Source: a bacterium (lineage in GTDB: Bacteria; ARS69). Taken from it: a stretch of 64,000 bases of DNA. The stretch lies in NCBI GenBank assembly GCA_965216835.1, contig OZ244210.1, forward strand, positions 237,907 to 301,906, written 5' to 3'. How positions within the stretch are numbered: position 1 is the stretch's first letter; the number at the start of each line of letters is the position of its first letter. Under the pieces are notes generated by a model that made no database searches, had not been told where the DNA came from, and was given only the letters and a program-made list of their open reading frames with translations. Shown here in pieces: positions 53,313 to 61,222 of the stretch. The position numbers and the translations under genes are program-made.

Positions 53313-53957
53313 ATGGGAACACCGTCCACGGATCGGCTCGTGCGCGCGGACCACGAGCAGCCGGACCCGGAGCTCGTCGCCCGGATCGCCACGATCCTGC
53401 GGGGAGGGGGCGTCGTGGCGATGCGCACCGACACGGTCTACGGTCTGCTCGGCAGCGTGAACCGCCCCGACTCGCTCCAGAAGCTCGTCGACCTGAAGCT
53501 GCGGCCGGTCGGGAAGCCGTTCATCCTGCTGGCCGCGGACTGGATCGCCGTGCGGTCGGTGACGTCGCACCTGACGCCGGTGGCCCGGCGTCTCGGGCAG
53601 CGCTACTGGCCGGGACCGCTCACGCTGGTCCTGCCCGCGGAGCGGAATCTCCCGGACGAGGTGACCGCGGCCGGGCCCACCGTGGCCGTGCGCATTCCCG
53701 GTGACCCGATGCTGCGCGCCGTGCTCGCGAAGACGGGCGCCGCGCTGGCCTCGCCGAGCGCCAATCGTCCCGGCGAACCGCCCGTGCCGTCGGCCGAGGC
53801 CTGCCTGGAACTCTTCGGCGACGCCATCGACCTGGCGGTCGACGGCGGTCCGGCGCCGCAGAAGCGCCCGTCGACGCTGGTGGACTGCTGCTCGTCGACG
53901 GGAGAGATCCTTCGGCCCGGGCCCGTGCAGCCGGAACCGGAAGAGCTGGCCTCCTAG
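53313..53957 (+). CDS. tsaC: L-threonylcarbamoyladenylate synthase (YrdC/TsaC type)
   Basis: 'VAMRTDTVYGLLG', 'LKLRPVGKPFILL', 'YWPGPLTLVL' and 'SPSANRPGEPP' match the YrdC domain. At 214 aa it is the short YrdC form. Confidence 0.85.
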   Translation: MGTPSTDRLVRADHEQPDPELVARIATILRGGGVVAMRTDTVYGLLGSVNRPDSLQKLVDLKLRPVGKPFILLAADWIAVRSVTSHLTPVARRLGQRYWPGPLTLVLPAERNLPDEVTAAGPTVAVRIPGDPMLRAVLAKTGAALASPSANRPGEPPVPSAEACLELFGDAIDLAVDGGPAPQKRPSTLVDCCSSTGEILRPGPVQPEPEELAS

Positions 53958-53971
53958 CCAATTGGAGCTTC

Positions 53972-54466
53972 ATGGCCCTGCGCATCCTGTTCGTCTGCAC
54001 GGGAAACACCTGCCGCAGTCCGCTGGCCGAGGCCATCGCGCGGCGGGAGCTGGAGGGCGCACCGGGCGGGTTCGAGGTGGCGTCGGCCGGGACGGCGGCG
54101 GCCGACGGATCGTTCGCCTCGTCCGGCGCGCTGGAGGTGGCGCGGGAAAACGGCCTGGATCTGGAGTCGTTCCAGAGCCGTCGCCTGACGCCGGAGATGC
54201 TGGAGGCCGGCGACGTGGTGCTGGTGATGGAACCGGTGCACCGGTCCGGCGTGCTGGGGATCTCCCCGCAGGCGGACCTGCACACCCGCCTGCTCGGCGA
54301 GCTGGCGGGGCGCGAGGGCCGTGAGGCCGCCGTGCCCGATCCGTACGGAGGGCCGGTGGAGTCCTACCGGCGAACGTTCGAGAAGATCCAGGGGCTCATC
54401 CGCGACGCGATCCCCCGGCTCACGGAGATGGCGAGGCGCCGCGAATCATCCGAAGGAGAGGCGTGA
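53972..54466 (+). CDS. Low-molecular-weight protein phosphatase (LMW-PTP / YwlE-like)
   Basis: The P-loop '[16 protein letters not shown]' (C-x5-R-S) and the C-terminal 'VPDPYGG' (DP motif) are present. Confidence 0.85.
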   Translation: MALRILFVCTGNTCRSPLAEAIARRELEGAPGGFEVASAGTAAADGSFASSGALEVARENGLDLESFQSRRLTPEMLEAGDVVLVMEPVHRSGVLGISPQADLHTRLLGELAGREGREAAVPDPYGGPVESYRRTFEKIQGLIRDAIPRLTEMARRRESSEGEA

Positions 54467-54467
54467 C

Positions 54468-55748
54468 ATGAGCAGGTTCGAAGCGCTCAGGACGGGAGAT
54501 CCCGCGGCGTTCGAGATCGTGCAGTCGGAGATCCGGCGACAGAACGACGGCATCGAGCTGATCGCGTCGGAGAACTTCGTCAGCCGCGCCGTGCTGGAGA
54601 CGATGGGTTCCCCGCTGACGAACAAGTACGCGGAAGGCTACCCCGGCAAGCGGTACTACGGCGGCTGCGAGGAGGTGGACCGCGCGGAGGACCTGGCCCG
54701 GGACCGCGCGAAGGAGCTGTTCGGGGCGGAGCACGCCAACGTGCAGCCGCATAGCGGTTCCACCGCCAACCTCACCGCGTACTTCTCCGTGCTGGATCCG
54801 GGCGACAAGATCCTCGGACTGTCGCTGGCGCATGGCGGCCACCTCACGCACGGACACCCGGTGAACTTCTCCGGCCGCTTCTTCGAGGTGATCCCCTACG
54901 AGGTGGAGAAGGACACGGAGCTCATCGACCTGGACCGTGTGCGCTCGCTCGCCCGGGAGCATCGTCCGAAGATGATCGTCGCGGGCGCCAGCGCGTACCC
55001 GCGCGTGTGGGACTTCGAGGCGTTCCGCTCCATCGCCGACGAGGTGGAGGCGATGTTCCTCACGGACATGGCGCACTTCGCCGGACTCGTGGCCGGCGGC
55101 GTCCATCCGTCTCCCGTGCCGTACGCGGACATCGTGACCAGCACGGCGCACAAGACGCTGCGCGGGCCGCGCTCGGGCTTCATCCTGTCGAAGGAGGCGT
55201 TCGCGAAGGACATCGACCGGACGAACTTCCCCGGCATGCAGGGCGGGCCTCTCATGCACATGATCGCGGCCAAGGCCGTCTGCTTCGGCGAGGCGCTGAG
55301 CGGCGACTTCAAGACCTACGCGCGGCAGGTGGTGGACAATGCCGCCGCCCTGGCGGAGGGGCTGATCGAGGAGGGGCTGCGGCTCGTCTCCGGAGGCACG
55401 GACAACCACCTCATGCTCGTGGACATGACGCCCAAGGGGATCAGCGGCAAGAAGGCCGAGCGGCTGCTGGGCGAGGTGGAGATCACCGTGAACAAGAACG
55501 CCATCCCGTTCGATCCCAAGAAGCCGGCGATCACCAGCGGCGTGCGGATCGGCACGCCCGCCGTGACCACCCGCGGCATGGGTCCGGACGCGATGCGCCG
55601 GATCGCGTCCCTGATCGGGCGGACGCTGTCGAACCTCGACGAGGACGAGAGCGTGAAGACGCAGATCCGCGGCGAGGTGAAGGATCTGGCGTCTCAGTAC
55701 CCGCTGTACCCCGACCTCGTGGTCGAGGGTGCGGGAGTCCGGGGCTGA
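54468..55748 (+). CDS. glyA: Serine hydroxymethyltransferase
   Basis: '[40 protein letters not shown]', '[11 protein letters not shown]' and '[15 protein letters not shown]' (PLP lysine) are present. Confidence 0.97.
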   Translation: MSRFEALRTGDPAAFEIVQSEIRRQNDGIELIASENFVSRAVLETMGSPLTNKYAEGYPGKRYYGGCEEVDRAEDLARDRAKELFGAEHANVQPHSGSTANLTAYFSVLDPGDKILGLSLAHGGHLTHGHPVNFSGRFFEVIPYEVEKDTELIDLDRVRSLAREHRPKMIVAGASAYPRVWDFEAFRSIADEVEAMFLTDMAHFAGLVAGGVHPSPVPYADIVTSTAHKTLRGPRSGFILSKEAFAKDIDRTNFPGMQGGPLMHMIAAKAVCFGEALSGDFKTYARQVVDNAAALAEGLIEEGLRLVSGGTDNHLMLVDMTPKGISGKKAERLLGEVEITVNKNAIPFDPKKPAITSGVRIGTPAVTTRGMGPDAMRRIASLIGRTLSNLDEDESVKTQIRGEVKDLASQYPLYPDLVVEGAGVRG

Positions 55749-55749
55749 C

Positions 55750-56553
55750 GTGGAGTTCCTCCAGCGCTACGACTTCGTCGTCGAGGGGTTCGTCGCCGGA
55801 CTGGCGGCGTCCCTCGCCTGCGGGCTCGGCGCCCTGCCGCTGGCGTTCCGCGGCTGGAAGCTGGAAGAGAAGGTGGGCCTCGGCTACGCGTTCGCGGCGG
55901 GCCTCATGTTCTCGGCCTCGGTGTACAACCTGCTGCTGCCCGCGTTCCAGATCGGCGGCGGCGGGGACCATCACGCCATGCAGGCGGGGCCCGTGCTCAA
56001 GACGCTGGCCGGGATGGCGGCCGGCGCCTGGTTCCTCTGGTGGATCCAGACCCGCATCACGCCGGAACGGCTGAAGACCGGATTCCTGTCCGGCCTCGGC
56101 GGTCGCACCGGCGCGCTCGTGTTCCTGGCGATGACGTTCCACTCCATTCCCGAGGGCGTCGCGGTCGGCGTGGGCTACGGCTCCGAGTCGCACCTGGCCG
56201 AGGGCAGCGGCTTCGGGTTCTACATCGCGCTCGCCATCGGCATCCACAACATCCCGGAGGGTTTGGCCGTCGCCCTGCCGATGCGTCTGGAGGGCGCGCC
56301 GCTCTGGAAGGCCGCGCTCCTGGCCACCGTGACCAGCCTTCCGCAACCCATCGCGTCGGTGCCGGCGAGCCTGCTCGTCTGGCTCTTCGAGCCGCTCATG
56401 CTCCCGCTCCTCGGCTTCGCGGCCGGGGCGATGATGTACCTCGTCCTGATGGAGCTCATCCCGGAGGCGCTGGAGGAGCATGGGCGCACCGAGATCGCGT
56501 GGCTGTTCCTCGCCGGCTTCGGCCTCATGGCGCTGGTGCAGGTGGGGCTCTAG
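55750..56553 (+). CDS. ZIP-family divalent metal transporter (ZupT-like)
   Basis: 'MTFHSIPEGVAVGVGY' and 'LAIGIHNIPEGLAVALPM' are ZIP motifs. About 8 helices are present. The start is the GTG at 55750. Confidence 0.8.
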   Translation: MEFLQRYDFVVEGFVAGLAASLACGLGALPLAFRGWKLEEKVGLGYAFAAGLMFSASVYNLLLPAFQIGGGGDHHAMQAGPVLKTLAGMAAGAWFLWWIQTRITPERLKTGFLSGLGGRTGALVFLAMTFHSIPEGVAVGVGYGSESHLAEGSGFGFYIALAIGIHNIPEGLAVALPMRLEGAPLWKAALLATVTSLPQPIASVPASLLVWLFEPLMLPLLGFAAGAMMYLVLMELIPEALEEHGRTEIAWLFLAGFGLMALVQVGL

Positions 56554-56558
56554 CCATC

Positions 56559-58280
56559 GTGCGCGGCGCGCGATTCCGCCCGGTCGCGGCGATGCTGGCG
56601 ATGCTGCTGGCCGGCTGCGCGGACGTCGGCCGAAATGACGATTCCGGCGTCGGGTCCGGACCGCCGGAGCCGGAGACGTCGGCCCCGTCCGCCGGCGTGC
56701 TCGTCGACGTGACCTCGGCCACCGGCATCGACTTCGTGCACGACGCAGGGGATCGCGGGGACTTCTTCCTCCCGGAAGGCATCGGCTCGGGTGGCGCGCT
56801 CTTCGACGCCGACGGGGACGGGGACCTGGACGTGTACCTGGTGCAGGGCGGGCCGATCGCCGGCGAGGAGCCTGATCCGGTCAATCGCCTCTACCGCAAC
56901 GACGGCGGCCTGCGCTTCACCGAGGTCACCGATGCTTGGGCGGCGGGAGTCGGCGGCTACGGCCTCGGCGCCGCGGCGGCCGACGTCGACCGCGACGGCG
57001 ACGTCGATCTCTACCTGACGCGGCTCGGCCCCGACGTGCTGCTCCGCAACGACGGCGGCCGGTTCACGGACGTGACGGAAGCGGCCGGGCTGGGCGATCC
57101 CTCCTTCGGAGCGTCCGCCGCCTTCCTCGACTTCGACACGGACGGCCGCCTCGACCTCTACGTGACGAACTACGTGGACTGGGCGCCCCACCTGGAGAGC
57201 GCCTGCCACGACCCCCGCGGCGTGCGCGACTACTGCGGTCCGCTGGACTACGACGCGCCGTCGGAGGATCGGCTCTACCGCGGCCGCGACGACGGAACGT
57301 TCGAGGACGTGACGGAGGCCGCGGGGATCTCGGGGCAGGTCGGCAACGGACTGGGCGTCATCGCCACGGACTTCGACGGGGACGGTGCGGTCGACCTCTA
57401 TGTGGCGAACGATCAGACGCCGGGCTTCCTCTGGCTGAACCAGGGGGACGGGACGTTCGTGGAGGACGCGATGATCCGCGGCTGCGGGTTCAACGCCGAC
57501 GGCCTGGCCATCGCGGGAATGGGAGTGGCGGCCGAGGATCTCGACGCCGACGGCGATTGGGATCTGGTCGTGACGAACATCCACGACCAGGCGCACCTCG
57601 CGCTGCGCGCGGACGGCGGGTTCTTCCACGACGCCACGCACGAGTGGGGCTTCGGCGGGTGGGGCGTGCCGCACACCGGGTTCGGCCTGGCGCTCTTCGA
57701 CCAGGACCACGACGGTCGCCTCGACGGCTACGTCGCGAACGGGGCGGTGAACCGTCTGGCGGAACCGTTCCGCGCGGACCATCCGTTCGCCGAGCCGGAC
57801 CAGTGGCTGCGCCGCGATCCGGACGGCGCGTTCCGGGACGTGACGGCCGAGGAGGCGCCCGACGTATTGCGGCGGCACGAGATGAGCCGTGCCGTGCTCG
57901 TGGGCGACCTGGACGACGACGGCGATCTGGACCTGGTCGTCACGTCCAACCGGGGGCCGGTCCGGATCCTCCGCAACGAGGCTGACGGTGCCGCCGCCTG
58001 GGCGACCTTCGACGTGATCCACGCGTACGGCTCGCCCGCGCTGAACGCGGTCGTCACCGTGACCACTCCCTCCGGGACGACGTTCCGGCGGGAGGTGCGC
58101 CCGCACGCCGGCTACCTCGGCACGAACGACGCGCGCGTGAACGTCGGGCTGGGTGACGCGGAGCGGATCGAACGTCTCACGGTGGAGTGGCCGGGCGGAG
58201 AGCGCGACGAGTGGCGGGATCTCCCGGTGCGGAGCCGGTTCACGGTGCGGCCGGGCGAAGCGCCGGAGCGTCGGCCGTGA
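56559..58280 (+). CDS. FG-GAP/VCBS repeat + ASPIC/UnbV (CRTAC1-family) lipoprotein
   Basis: The lipobox is 'MLLAGC'. FG-GAP repeats are 'FDADGDGDLDVYLVQGG', 'ADVDRDGDVDLYLT', 'LDFDTDGRLDLYVTNY' and 'TDFDGDGAVDLYVAND'. 'NRLYRNDGG.RFTEVT' is present. The C-terminal UnbV_ASPIC domain is 'VTVTTPSGTTFRREVRPHAGYLGTNDARVNVGLG...RLTVEWPGG'. Confidence 0.85.
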   Translation: MRGARFRPVAAMLAMLLAGCADVGRNDDSGVGSGPPEPETSAPSAGVLVDVTSATGIDFVHDAGDRGDFFLPEGIGSGGALFDADGDGDLDVYLVQGGPIAGEEPDPVNRLYRNDGGLRFTEVTDAWAAGVGGYGLGAAAADVDRDGDVDLYLTRLGPDVLLRNDGGRFTDVTEAAGLGDPSFGASAAFLDFDTDGRLDLYVTNYVDWAPHLESACHDPRGVRDYCGPLDYDAPSEDRLYRGRDDGTFEDVTEAAGISGQVGNGLGVIATDFDGDGAVDLYVANDQTPGFLWLNQGDGTFVEDAMIRGCGFNADGLAIAGMGVAAEDLDADGDWDLVVTNIHDQAHLALRADGGFFHDATHEWGFGGWGVPHTGFGLALFDQDHDGRLDGYVANGAVNRLAEPFRADHPFAEPDQWLRRDPDGAFRDVTAEEAPDVLRRHEMSRAVLVGDLDDDGDLDLVVTSNRGPVRILRNEADGAAAWATFDVIHAYGSPALNAVVTVTTPSGTTFRREVRPHAGYLGTNDARVNVGLGDAERIERLTVEWPGGERDEWRDLPVRSRFTVRPGEAPERRP

Positions 58281-59728
58281 GCGCGCGTCGGCGCAGGAAG
58301 GCGAAGGGCGGCCGATCGGCGTCGCGGCCGCGCCGGAAGATCCGGTGGGGGGCCGTCGTCGCGATCCTCGCCGGGGTGGGCGTCGCGGTCGGAGTCGCCC
58401 TGCGGGATCGATCGCCCGAGGCCGACCCGCCGCCGCTCGCAGTGACCGAGGTTCGCGAAGGCGGTGTGACCGTCGCGGTGCTGGACGAGGTGGCGCTCAC
58501 GAACTGGTGCCGCCGCCACGACCTGCCGGATCCTCCCGGCGTGCGCGAGGTGGAACCGGACTTCGCCGCCATCTTCCTGCAGGCGCTGGAGTCCGTCGCC
58601 GTCGAGCGGTCCGCCGAGGCGTTCGGGACCGTCGGGATGCTCTGCGAGAGCATGGAGTCGCACGGCGTGGCCGAGGAGTACTTCGCCCGCGCCGAAGGGG
58701 AGGATCCGCTGGATCCGCGCTGGCCGTACTACCTCGGCTGCCTGTTCCAGGTGACCGGCCGCAACGATGAGGCGCGTGCGGCGCTGGAGCGTTCGCGCGA
58801 GAGGGACGCCGCCTACCCGATGCTCCACGGCCGGCTCGGGCAGCTCGCGCTGGAGGCAGGGCGCCTGGACGAGGCCGACGCGCATTTCGACGAGTACGAG
58901 CGGCTGCGCCCGGACGACGGGTTCGGGCGGCTGGGCAAGGCGCGCGTGTCGATGCGTCGCGGCGAACCGGAGACGGCGCTGGCGAATCTGGAGGCGGCCG
59001 GGCAGCGTGGCATGCGGGACTTCCAGTTCCTGCGCACGCTGGGGAGCGTGTACGCGGCGCTCGGTCGGGAGGACGACGCGCGCCAAGCGTTCGCCGCATC
59101 GGACGGATTGCCGCAGGGACTGTGGTACCGCATCCGGGATCCGAGGGACCAGGCGCTGCACGAGGTCGGCTCTCCGGTGGCGGCGCTCCAGTCCGAGTTC
59201 GAGCGGAGGGGAAGCAGCGGTGACTGGGCGGCGCTGGCGGATCTCGCGGAACGCATCCTCGAACGTCGCCCGGCCGACGTGCGGACGATGGGCAACCTCG
59301 TCGGCCTCTACCGAAAGCTGGAACGCTACGACGATGCGCACGCGATGCTGGACCGGGCGTTCGCAACCGGCGGCGACGAGCTCCGGCTGAACCTCCTTCG
59401 TTCCGAGACCTACCTGGCCGCGGGCGAGTACGCGGCGGCGCGCGAGGCGGCGGACCGCGCCCGGACCCTGGAGAAGGAGTCCCCCCGGGTGTGGAGCCTG
59501 CTCGGCCGCGCGCTGCTCATGGAGGGTCGAACCGCGGACGCGGAGGCCGCGATGCTCCGGTCGCTGGCTCTCGCGCCGGACGACGTGTCCAATCTCCTTG
59601 TGCTGGGTGAGGTCCGCCGGATCGCGGGGGACCCGGAGGGAGCCGCCGCGGCCTACCGTGACGTCCTGAAGCTGGAGGACAACCTCGTCGCGCGTCAGCG
59701 CCTTGATCAAATCGTCACAAGCGAGTGA
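58277..59728 (+). CDS. Membrane-anchored TPR-repeat protein (partner of the ASPIC/UnbV gene)
   Basis: The GTG at 58277 overlaps the upstream stop (GTGA). A basic N-terminus precedes the TM 'WGAVVAILAGVGVAVGVAL'. The remainder consists of multiple TPR-like 34-mers. Confidence 0.75.
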   Translation: MSARRRRKAKGGRSASRPRRKIRWGAVVAILAGVGVAVGVALRDRSPEADPPPLAVTEVREGGVTVAVLDEVALTNWCRRHDLPDPPGVREVEPDFAAIFLQALESVAVERSAEAFGTVGMLCESMESHGVAEEYFARAEGEDPLDPRWPYYLGCLFQVTGRNDEARAALERSRERDAAYPMLHGRLGQLALEAGRLDEADAHFDEYERLRPDDGFGRLGKARVSMRRGEPETALANLEAAGQRGMRDFQFLRTLGSVYAALGREDDARQAFAASDGLPQGLWYRIRDPRDQALHEVGSPVAALQSEFERRGSSGDWAALADLAERILERRPADVRTMGNLVGLYRKLERYDDAHAMLDRAFATGGDELRLNLLRSETYLAAGEYAAAREAADRARTLEKESPRVWSLLGRALLMEGRTADAEAAMLRSLALAPDDVSNLLVLGEVRRIAGDPEGAAAAYRDVLKLEDNLVARQRLDQIVTSE

Positions 59729-59893
59729 CGCTTCTGATCTTTCGCAGGGTTTCCCGGGCTTGTGACGGGAATCCTTGAGTTGGATGATCGAGATCGCTAG
59801 GATGCTCAGCAGGGAGGACGCCGGGCTGAGCCCGAGGTCCTTCACCCTCAGGCTCCCTCCCCCCTGTCTTCATCCCGGCGTCCGGGCCCTCGT

Positions 59894-59909
59894 GTGCCCA
59901 GATGGGCAC
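59894..59909. promoter_or_regulatory. 16-bp palindrome GTGCCC-AGAT-GGGCAC in the 290-bp intergenic leader upstream of 60019
   Basis: Perfect 6-bp inverted arms with a 4-nt spacer were read directly from the sequence, 110 nt upstream of the ATG at 60019. This could be an operator site or an RNA stem; the function is unknown. Confidence 0.25.
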
Positions 59910-60018
59910 GCGACATTCACGGTCGGCGCCGGCTACGTGCGGAGGGGCGAGACGTCGTCCTTCGTACGTGTGAGGGGGATCCGTCGCCGCCGACCCATTC
60001 CTCTGGGGAGGCGGGTCC

Positions 60019-61131
60019 ATGAAGTTTGCCAAACTCGCACTGTTCTCTCTTTCCATCCTCGTCTTCGCGACCGCTGCGTTCGCGTCGAAGCAGGACGAGC
60101 TGGATCACCAGGCGCTGAAGCCCTGGACGCTGGCGGAGCACATGAGCCTGCTGTCCACGGCCGCCGACGTCAACGAGACCGAGCCCAACAACGTTTGCCC
60201 GGGCGAGTCCTTCACGCCGGGCGACACGTTCCACGGAGAGCTCGTGAGTGGCGATGAAGACTGGGTGTTCTTCAACGCGAACGCCGGCGACGCCATCACC
60301 ATCGGTACGGATGAAGATCTGGGCCTGCCCACAGTGGACACGGTCATCGAGCTGTGGGACGACACATGCGGCGCCATGCTCACGTCGAACGATGACGGCG
60401 GCCCGGGCCTCTACTCCCTGATCGACGGCTTCGAGGCTCCCTACACGGGGCAGTACTCGCTCAAGGTCCGTGGATTCCTGCCGGATCGCGTCGGCAACTA
60501 CGTGCTTCTCGGCAACGTCGTTGTCCCGCTCGGCCCCGGCTTCTGCCCGATCGGTACCTACAAGGCCAGCAAGATCAACGTGAACGCGGCGATCCCGGAC
60601 TTCAGCTCCACCGATCCGCAGCCGCCGCTCGTCACGCCGGCGATCAAGTTCAACGATCAGCCGGGCGTCATCGTCACCGACGTCGTGATCGATCTGGACA
60701 TGGAGCACACGTGGGCCGGTGACCTCATCATCACGCTCGAGCACACCAGCGACAGCGGCGCCGTGACGGCGATCGACCTCGTGCAGCGTCCGGGCGTGCC
60801 GGAGACGGGCTTCGGCTGCGACGGCAACCTCGTGCACGATCCGGAGAACAAGTACTACTTCGGGACGCGTCCGGACCTGAACACGCTCGGCGACGACGTG
60901 TGCCGCGAGGAGATCCCGGGCGGCTGCTACGCCGTGGCTCCCGAGAACCCGGACGCTCTGACCATCTACCGCGGCATGGCCAAGGGTGATGGCACCTGGC
61001 GTCTGATCATCTCCGACAACGCCGCCGGCGATCTCGGCTACGTCTACAACTGGTCGGTGCACCTCCTCTGCGAGTCCCCGATCAGCGTCGAGCCGAAGAG
61101 CTGGGGCAACATCAAGGCGTCCTACCGCTAG
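60019..61131 (+). CDS. Secreted protein with pre-peptidase C-terminal (PPC)-like domain and proprotein-convertase P-domain-like domain, no catalytic domain
   Basis: The signal peptide is 'MKFAKLALFSLSILVFATAAFA'. 'ETEPNNVCPGESFTPGDTFHGELVSGDEDWVFFNANAGDAITI' and 'YSLKVRGF' look PPC-like. 'VTDVVIDLDMEHTWAGDLIITLEH' and 'GDGTWRLIISDNAAGDLGYVYNWSVHL' look P-domain-like. The tail is 'ISVEPKSWGNIKASYR'. Confidence 0.7.
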   Translation: MKFAKLALFSLSILVFATAAFASKQDELDHQALKPWTLAEHMSLLSTAADVNETEPNNVCPGESFTPGDTFHGELVSGDEDWVFFNANAGDAITIGTDEDLGLPTVDTVIELWDDTCGAMLTSNDDGGPGLYSLIDGFEAPYTGQYSLKVRGFLPDRVGNYVLLGNVVVPLGPGFCPIGTYKASKINVNAAIPDFSSTDPQPPLVTPAIKFNDQPGVIVTDVVIDLDMEHTWAGDLIITLEHTSDSGAVTAIDLVQRPGVPETGFGCDGNLVHDPENKYYFGTRPDLNTLGDDVCREEIPGGCYAVAPENPDALTIYRGMAKGDGTWRLIISDNAAGDLGYVYNWSVHLLCESPISVEPKSWGNIKASYR

Positions 61132-61159
61132 TTCTTCCGGGAACAGCGGAACAACGCTC

Positions 61160-61196
61160 GAGGGCCGGGGGATCTCCCCCGGCCCTCTTTCTTTTC
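61160..61196 (+). terminator. Rho-independent terminator (12-bp perfect GC-rich stem, 4-nt loop, T-tract)
   Basis: GAGGGCCGGGGG-ATCT-CCCCCGGCCCTC is followed by TTTCTTTTC, 29 nt after the stop at 61131. It lies between convergent genes. It is the only canonical intrinsic terminator I found in the window. Confidence 0.85.
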
Positions 61197-61222
61197 GGAC
61201 GGAGCGTGTGGGCCGCGAACGA

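Noticed and set aside
59715-60257. ORFs 59775..60257 (+, 160 aa) and 59715..60056 (-, 113 aa) spanning the 290-bp spacer.
   Set aside because: Neither has a Shine-Dalgarno sequence or any motif. The plus-strand ORF runs out of frame into the well-supported 60019 gene. The translations are low-complexity.
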